From an uncultured Eubacteriales bacterium (GTDB lineage: Bacteria > Bacillota > Peptococcia > Peptococcales > SKKY01): a stretch of 64,000 nt of DNA. Below are positions 58,977-64,000 of the stretch, piece by piece. The position numbers were made by a program, and so were the translations under genes. The DNA lies in assembly GCA_964574445.1 (NCBI GenBank), contig CAZNNQ010000001.1, positions 18,446 to 82,445 of the forward strand, given 5' to 3'. The notes under the pieces were generated by a model, which saw only the letters and a program-made list of their open reading frames with translations, did no database searches and was not told where the DNA came from. Every line of letters starts with the position of its first letter. Position 1 is the stretch's first letter.

Positions 58977-59284
58977 CAAAAAAAGACCTGAGGTAATCTC
59001 AGGCCTTAAAAATACATTATCTCCCAAAACCCCTACTTCCCAAACGAGATAGCTCAACCCTGTAAACCGGGATGTTTACGGGACAGTGTTACAGATATTT
59101 TCTGCAACCCCAGCAAGTAACTTTGAGTTCGTTATCTGCTTCGGCGATCTTTCCTTCCCTTTAGTTTCTAAGTTTCTCAGACTCCACTAAAGGCTGTTAA
59201 AAACCGCTCCTCTACCTCACTAAGTTTTAAAGTGAGGTTATACTTATCAGATAAAATTATACATCAATACAACTTATAAAACAA
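58977..59284 (-). promoter_or_regulatory. Lysine riboswitch (L-box) with promoter and terminator
   Basis: Minus strand carries TTGTTT, 17 nt, TATAAT (59284-59256). L-box core (59218-59046): GAGGTAGAGGAGCG...GCCTTTAGTGGAG...AAAGGGAAGG..ATCGCCGAAGCAG...TTGCTGGGGTTGCAG...CTGTAACACTGTCC...CTATCTC. Terminator GGCCTGAG-ATTAC-CTCAGGTC plus T7 (59005-58977). Confidence 0.9.
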
Positions 59285-59313
59285 CATTAAAAGAATTAAT
59301 CATTAGGTAATTT

Positions 59314-61224
59314 TTATAGGCTTCTTTCTATTGTCTCTTTTAATACTCTTGCCTTAAACTCTTCCAAAGCTACGGCCCCAAGGTCACCCTCGCCTCTTTT
59401 TCTTAAACCAACCGCATTATTTTCAACTTCCTTATCTCCAATAATTAACATATAAGGAACTTTTTGCAGCTGAGCTTCTCTGATTTTAAAGCCAATCTTT
59501 TCATTTCTATTGTCAATCTCTGTTCTGATTCCAGCACTTCTTAATTCATTATATACTTTTTGGGCATATTCATTATGTTTATCTGTTAATGTTAAAATTT
59601 TTGCCTGAACTGGAGCAAGCCATACAGGGAAAGCTCCTGCAAAGTGTTCAATTAATATCCCAATAAATCTTTCTATACTACCAAAGGCTACAGTATGAAT
59701 TGTAATTGGACGATGTTTTTCATTATCCTTACCAATATAAGTAAGATCAAAACGTTGAGGCATTTGGAAATCCAATTGAATTGTGCCACACTGCCATGTT
59801 CTGCCAAGACAATCTTCTAGTTTAAAGTCAATCTTAGGACCATAAAAAGCTCCATCACCTTCATTAATTGTAAAGGGTTTACCTAGCTCTTCAAGAGCTT
59901 TTTTCAATGATTCTTCAGCATTTTCCCAATCTTCATCAGCACCCATTGAATCCTCTGGTCTCGTAGAAAGCTCAATTTTATATTTAAATCCAAATTTTTC
60001 ATAAATTTCATCAATTTTATTAACTACATTTTTAATTTCATCTTTAATTTGCTCTGGAAGCATAAAGATGTGGGCATCATCTTGAGTAAATGCTCTTACT
60101 CTCATTAAACCATGAAGTGCCCCTGAAAGCTCATGACGATGAACTCTACCAATTTCACCAAGTCTTATTGGGAATTCTCTATAAGAATGAAGATCACTTC
60201 TATAAACCATAAATGCTCCTGGGCAGTTCATTGGCTTTATTGCATAATCTTCATCATCAATTTTCAAAGTATACATGTTATCTCTATAATGATCCCAATG
60301 TCCAGAAGTTTCCCAAAGTTTTTTATTTAAAATTATTGGTGTCTCAATTTCAACATAGTTTTCTCTTTCATGAACCTCTCTCCAATATTGAAGAAGAAGA
60401 TTTTTTACTTTTGTACCTTTTGGAAGAAAGAAGGGAAATCCGGGACCCTCTTCCATAAGAGTGAACAATCCTAATTCTTGTCCGAGTTTTCTATGGTCTC
60501 TCTTTTTTGCTTCTTCAATAAGGTTTAAATAGTTTTCTAAATCACTTTTCTTTGGAAAAGATGTACCATATATCCTTTGAAGCATTTTATTATCTGAATT
60601 CCCTCTCCAATATGCCCCAGCAACATTTAAAAGTTTAACAGCCTTAACATGGCCAGTTGAAGGAAGGTGTGGACCTGCACAAAGGTCGATAAATCCTCCA
60701 TCAGTATAAACACTAATCTGAGTATCTTCTGGAAGATCTTTAATTAACTCAACCTTATAGTCTTCCCCAATTTCTTTAAATAATTTTATTGCTTCATCTC
60801 TAGGGAGTTCTTTCCTTACAAACTCATGGTTTTCTTTTACGATTCTTTCCATTTCTTTTTCAATTTTTTCTAAATCTTCTGGTGTAAAAATATGTTCAGA
60901 ATCAAAATCATAATAAAAGCCGTCTTTTATCGCAGGACCAATAGCAATCTTAGTTCCTGGAAAAAGTTTTTTTACTGCCTGAGCCAATATGTGGGAAGAA
61001 CTATGACGAAAAGTATCTTCACCTTCTTCATCTTCAAAGGTTAAAAGACTTAATTCTGAATCTTTATCTATTGGAAAATCCAGATCAACGACTTTCCCAT
61101 CTACTTTTGCTGCAAGAGCTTTTTTCTGCAATCCCCTGCTGATATCTCCCGCTACTTCAAAAGGAGTAACAAAATCTTTTTCAAACTCTCTAACTGAACC
61201 ATCTGGTAATTTAATTTTTAACAT
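59314..61224 (-). CDS. thrS: Threonyl-tRNA synthetase
   Basis: MLKIKLPDGSVREFEK... (TGS domain), class II motifs, C-terminal anticodon-binding domain. ATG at 61224 follows GAAAGGTGAG. The 35-aa ORF-track extension lies in the T-box leader. Confidence 0.96.
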   Translation of the reverse strand: MLKIKLPDGSVREFEKDFVTPFEVAGDISRGLQKKALAAKVDGKVVDLDFPIDKDSELSLLTFEDEEGEDTFRHSSSHILAQAVKKLFPGTKIAIGPAIKDGFYYDFDSEHIFTPEDLEKIEKEMERIVKENHEFVRKELPRDEAIKLFKEIGEDYKVELIKDLPEDTQISVYTDGGFIDLCAGPHLPSTGHVKAVKLLNVAGAYWRGNSDNKMLQRIYGTSFPKKSDLENYLNLIEEAKKRDHRKLGQELGLFTLMEEGPGFPFFLPKGTKVKNLLLQYWREVHERENYVEIETPIILNKKLWETSGHWDHYRDNMYTLKIDDEDYAIKPMNCPGAFMVYRSDLHSYREFPIRLGEIGRVHRHELSGALHGLMRVRAFTQDDAHIFMLPEQIKDEIKNVVNKIDEIYEKFGFKYKIELSTRPEDSMGADEDWENAEESLKKALEELGKPFTINEGDGAFYGPKIDFKLEDCLGRTWQCGTIQLDFQMPQRFDLTYIGKDNEKHRPITIHTVAFGSIERFIGILIEHFAGAFPVWLAPVQAKILTLTDKHNEYAQKVYNELRSAGIRTEIDNRNEKIGFKIREAQLQKVPYMLIIGDKEVENNAVGLRKRGEGDLGAVALEEFKARVLKETIERSL

Positions 61225-61243
61225 AGTTCTCTCACCTTTCCTA

Positions 61244-61472
61244 TAAAATAAAAAATACCCCTCAATCCCAATGGGACGAGAAGTATCGCGGTTCCACCCA
61301 AATTGCACTATATGAATATATAGTACCACTCAATACTCTTTAACGCAGAAATACGGTTGTCATTAAACAACAGCTCCAAGGTGGTATGCTCCAAATATTT
61401 CCTAAGAAAACTTCCAGCCTCGGTTTTCTCTCTCTGTAAGGTTTATTTAAAACACTTGTCCTCTTCAATGCT
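61244..61472 (-). promoter_or_regulatory. T-box riboswitch, Thr (ACC) specifier
   Basis: Minus strand shows stem I with AGAGAGAG/GGAAG motifs, specifier loop GCATACCACC (ACC at 61385-61383), T-box sequence AATTTGGGTGGAACCGCG (about 61304-61287), and terminator CTCGTCCCA/TGGGATTGAG plus a T-run. Confidence 0.92.
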
Positions 61473-61497
61473 TAATATTTTATTTAGCTATAAATAG

Positions 61498-61525
61498 ATT
61501 ATATTTTTATTTTAAAAAATGTCAA
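61498..61525 (-). promoter_or_regulatory. Putative thrS promoter
   Basis: TTGACA (overlapping the stop codon of the DtxR-family gene), 16 nt, TATAAT. Confidence 0.55.
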
Positions 61526-61971
61526 ATCTTCAATGTTTTTATTTTTTCCGCATAAATTTCTTTCAACTTATTTTTTTTCGAAAATTCTTCAAGGTGTCCA
61601 GACTTATTTAAATATTCAGCAAAATAAATAAAGGTTTCCTCACTTAAAGCATGTTCAATTAGGCAAGCATCATTTTCAGCCGTATCTTTATTAACTCCAA
61701 GAATATTCTCAAAAAAATATTTTAACAAATAATGTTTTATTTTTACTCGCTCAGCTTCTTCAAGCCCCTTCGAAGTTAGATAAACAGGACCATATCTTTC
61801 CCTTAAAACAAGTCCTTCCTCAGAAAGAATATTAATAGCTTGGGTAACACTTGCTTTTTTTATATTAAGTTTGTTAGCAATATCAGTAACCCTAACACCA
61901 CTATTTTCCGTAGAGAGCTCAAGAATAGCTTCTAGATAGTCCTGACTTGAAGAAGACAATATTTTTTCCAT
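61522..61971 (-). CDS. DtxR/MntR-family metal-dependent transcriptional regulator (no SH3 domain)
   Basis: 149 aa; QDYLEAILEL, VRVTDIANKLNIKKASVTQAI, HYLLKYFF..ILGV, EHALSEE. Confidence 0.85.
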   Translation of the reverse strand: MEKILSSSSQDYLEAILELSTENSGVRVTDIANKLNIKKASVTQAINILSEEGLVLRERYGPVYLTSKGLEEAERVKIKHYLLKYFFENILGVNKDTAENDACLIEHALSEETFIYFAEYLNKSGHLEEFSKKNKLKEIYAEKIKTLKI

Positions 61972-61984
61972 TTGTACACCCCTG

Positions 61985-63106
61985 TTAAGTTCTGTGTTTT
62001 AATAGTAGAGCAGATATAATTGCTGTAATAGGTATGGTGGCAACTAAAGCTATTGTTCCTATTAGAGCTCTAATAATTTCATCTGCTAGCATCTCAAAAT
62101 TTATCAAATGTAAAAAAGGTAAATCATAAGCCATAAGTAAAAGGAGTAAGGGAAGCGAAGCCCCTGTGTAGGCCAATACTAAAGTATTTGTCATTGTACC
62201 CATGATATCGTTACCCACATTCATTCCGGCTTTAAACAAACGAGGGAAAGTCATTTTTTCCCCTGCAGTAGCTATCTCTTCGATACTTGATGCTATGGAC
62301 ATACAAACATCCATTACAGCTCCAAGTGCTCCAAGAATAATTCCAGCTAACAAAATTCCTTTCATATTATATTCGGCAAACTCTGGTACATAAAAAAGCA
62401 TCTTGGATTCTTCAGAGCTTAGTCCAGTCAAGTTTGCAGCATTACTTACAATAATAGCAAGAATTGCTGCAAAAACTAAACCAAATGCTGTTCCTAAAAA
62501 TGCTGCTAAGGACTTTCTAGTAAGTCCACTAACTATTGCAAAGGTTATAAAAGCTATTATAATTGCAGAAAAAATTGTTACTAAGACCGGACTTCTTCCG
62601 GCAAATATTTGAGGTATCATGATTTTATAAATAACTAAAAATGTTATCCCCAGAGAAATAATCCCTTTAAGTCCTTTGCTTCTTCCTATAGCAAGCATAA
62701 GGAACATAAAAACACCAATTAGCAAATAAATATAAGTATCTCTTACAAAATCAACAACATATGCTTTTTGATATCCGGATTCATCATATAAAACAGAAAG
62801 TAGAACTCGGTCCCCTTCTTGAACATATATTTCATAACCAGGTGAATTTATATAACTGTTTTCTATTTGTACTTTATTTCCCTTAAAATCTCCAGAGGTT
62901 ATTTCTACCAATATTCTCTGATAATTTTCTAGTATTCCTTCGGATATTTCTTTTTCAAGTTCTTCTTCATATATTTCTAAAACTTTCCCTTTTGCATATT
63001 CTTCAGACAAATTGAATTCATCAATTTCTTCTACTCCAAAACTAATCCCAATAATTGGACTAATTATAAAAAACAATAAAAATAAAATGATTATCTTTTT
63101 ATTCAT
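61985..63106 (-). CDS. YibE/F-family integral membrane protein
   Basis: 373 aa; N-terminal signal/TM, ~110-aa extracytoplasmic domain, then ~7 TM segments typical of the YibE/F family. 13 nt upstream of the DtxR-family gene. Confidence 0.7.
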   Translation of the reverse strand: MNKKIIILFLLFFIISPIIGISFGVEEIDEFNLSEEYAKGKVLEIYEEELEKEISEGILENYQRILVEITSGDFKGNKVQIENSYINSPGYEIYVQEGDRVLLSVLYDESGYQKAYVVDFVRDTYIYLLIGVFMFLMLAIGRSKGLKGIISLGITFLVIYKIMIPQIFAGRSPVLVTIFSAIIIAFITFAIVSGLTRKSLAAFLGTAFGLVFAAILAIIVSNAANLTGLSSEESKMLFYVPEFAEYNMKGILLAGIILGALGAVMDVCMSIASSIEEIATAGEKMTFPRLFKAGMNVGNDIMGTMTNTLVLAYTGASLPLLLLLMAYDLPFLHLINFEMLADEIIRALIGTIALVATIPITAIISALLLKHRT

Positions 63107-63163
63107 AGAAAACTCCTTTTCAATACTATCAAGATTATAGTCTCTTAAAATCCCTTATTTTTA

Positions 63164-63193
63164 TTGCTATATATCATACTTTTCTGTTATAAT
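63164..63193 (+). promoter_or_regulatory. Putative extended -10 promoter for the tRNA-like RNA
   Basis: TTGCTA (63164-63169), 18 nt, TGtTATAAT (63185-63193). Confidence 0.5.
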
Positions 63194-63204
63194 TTAATCA
63201 AATA

Positions 63205-63291
63205 GCTGAAGGAATTTTGTGGTGAAATGGTATCATCTAGGTTCGTGGCACCTAGGTTAAAGGTTCGAGTCCTTTCTAACTTCCTTGTAGC
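63205..63291 (+). ncRNA. tRNA-like RNA (cloverleaf with canonical T-arm and D-loop GG, His-like GUG loop, non-canonical extended acceptor, no CCA)
   Basis: Helices read directly from the sequence: 63205-16/63278-91, 63220-23/63232-35, 63237-42/63250-55 (loop TCGTGGC), 63259-63/63271-75 (loop TTCGAGT). Flanked by a promoter and a terminator. Confidence 0.6.
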
Positions 63292-63292
63292 A

Positions 63293-63320
63293 GCGCATCC
63301 AAGGGGTGCGTTTTTTTTTG
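63293..63320 (+). terminator. Rho-independent terminator of the tRNA-like RNA
   Basis: GCGCATCC-AA(G)-GGGTGCG followed by T9. Confidence 0.75.
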
Positions 63321-63357
63321 CAAAAATTACCCCGGATAATTATAGCTACTCCGGGGT
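63321..63357 (-). terminator. Terminator after pgsA / small ORF
   Basis: ACCCCGGA/TCCGGGGT 8-bp stem (63329-36/63350-57) followed on the minus strand by AATTTTTG. Confidence 0.6.
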
Positions 63358-63362
63358 CAAAA

Positions 63363-63461
63363 TTATCCAATATTAAAGAAATTTAATAAAAGCCTTATTG
63401 AAACAACGCCAACTATAATTCCAATTATAAGAAACAGCCAGTCTTTTTTTATCTGATCCAT
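63363..63461 (-). CDS. Unannotated 32-aa single-TM micro-ORF downstream of pgsA
   Basis: AAGGAGAGG RBS then 6 nt then ATG. Reads MDQIKKDWLFLIIGIIVGVVSIRLLLNFFNIG*, followed by a terminator hairpin. Too short for the ORF track. Confidence 0.4.
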   Translation of the reverse strand: MDQIKKDWLFLIIGIIVGVVSIRLLLNFFNIG

Positions 63462-63477
63462 AAAACCTCTCCTTTAA

Positions 63478-64000
63478 TCAAATATCATCAATTTTTATTT
63501 TAGTATTAAGCTTTCTTACATAGTCAACACCTGACCATAAGGTAAAAAACAAAGCAATATAAAGAAATGCTTCTCCTATTGGAAAATTAATAAATTGACT
63601 GTAAAAATCTTCTAATAGTATCAGCGAAATCGCTATAATTTGTGTTACAGTTTTTATCTTTCCAAGATGACTTGCCGAAACGACAACACCTTCAGCAGCA
63701 GCAACACTTCTTAGACCAGTTATTGCGAATTCTCTGCCTAATATTATGAAGGCAGGCCAAGCGCTGATTTCACCTAATTGTACTAATGATATCAGTGCAG
63801 CTGTAACAAGCAATTTGTCAGCAAGAGGATCCATAATCTTGCCAAAATTTGTAATTTGTTTTCTTTTTCTTGCAATATAACCATCGAGTCCATCTGTACT
63901 AGCAGCAAGAATAAATATAAAGGCAGCTAAATATTTACCATAGGTTATTTTTACAAGTAAGAAGAACATAAAAACAGGAATTAAAAAAATCCTGCCAAGA
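63478..64000 (-). CDS. pgsA: CDP-diacylglycerol-glycerol-3-phosphate 3-phosphatidyltransferase (N-terminus beyond window end)
   Basis: CDP-alcohol phosphatidyltransferase motif DGLDGYIARK....FGKIMDPLADK. The reading frame stays open to position 64000 (..LGRIFLIPVFMFF..). Confidence 0.9.
   Translation of the reverse strand, partial: LGRIFLIPVFMFFLLVKITYGKYLAAFIFILAASTDGLDGYIARKRKQITNFGKIMDPLADKLLVTAALISLVQLGEISAWPAFIILGREFAITGLRSVAAAEGVVVSASHLGKIKTVTQIIAISLILLEDFYSQFINFPIGEAFLYIALFFTLWSGVDYVRKLNTKIKIDDI

Noticed and set aside
61225-61329. A 35-codon N-terminal extension of the thrS ORF (MVLYIHIVQFGWNRDTSRPIGIEGYFLFYRKGERT) in the ORF track.
   Set aside because: This stretch is the T-box antiterminator/terminator region (GGGTGGAACCGCG and the terminator stem). 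The ATG at 61224 has a strong RBS and gives the canonical MLKIKLPDGS start.
1-64000. Search for CRISPR arrays, IS elements, integrases, phage genes, restriction-modification or other defence islands, rRNA operons and canonical tRNA genes.
   Set aside because: No direct-repeat/spacer periodicity, no terminal inverted repeats with transposase ORFs and no recognisable defence protein families were seen. Every sizeable ORF is accounted for by housekeeping or biosynthetic families. The only tRNA-like sequence is the aberrant one at 63205-63291.

Overview
AT-rich chromosomal backbone of a low-GC, Firmicutes-type anaerobe. About 90% of the window is coding, almost all on the minus strand, and it is nearly all housekeeping or biosynthetic. 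I saw no CRISPR array, transposase, integrase, phage module or recognisable defence island. Gene order from the left: rpsP-ffh-ylxM; a DJ-1 family gene, terD, lepB and a deacetylase; mazEF-alr-nnrD-acpS; glmM-cdaR-cdaA; a DUF881-sbp-DUF881 trio; the ilvBNC-leuACDB operon; an M16 peptidase plus an ABC-F ATPase; dat; a tandem hexapeptide-repeat protein; an aminotransferase with sfsA and recD2; yerC, a hisA-like gene and nifJ (PFOR); a pur operon in the order purE-B-C-F-M-N-H-D; xpt with a BMP-family nucleoside ABC transporter; a pan operon (DUF2520 gene, panB, panC, panD); a Cys-less Rrf2 regulator and cysK; an amino-acid ABC transporter; thrS; a DtxR-family regulator with a YibE/F gene; and pgsA. 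Two cis-regulatory RNAs are recognisable with confidence: a Thr (ACC) T-box ahead of thrS and a lysine (L-box) riboswitch ahead of the amino-acid ABC transporter. The items most worth follow-up are non-coding or recoding features. (1) A stand-alone plus-strand tRNA-like RNA gene at 63164-63320 has a private promoter and terminator, an intact D/T elbow, a His-like anticodon loop and a non-canonical acceptor. (2) The xpt/nucleoside-transporter operon has a terminator-containing leader that lacks the canonical purine-riboswitch core. (3) The pan operon has a ~190-nt terminator-containing leader. (4) purD is split exactly at an A_AAA_AAA heptamer. All calls come from reading the sequence and ORF translations by eye; no database search or folding program was run.
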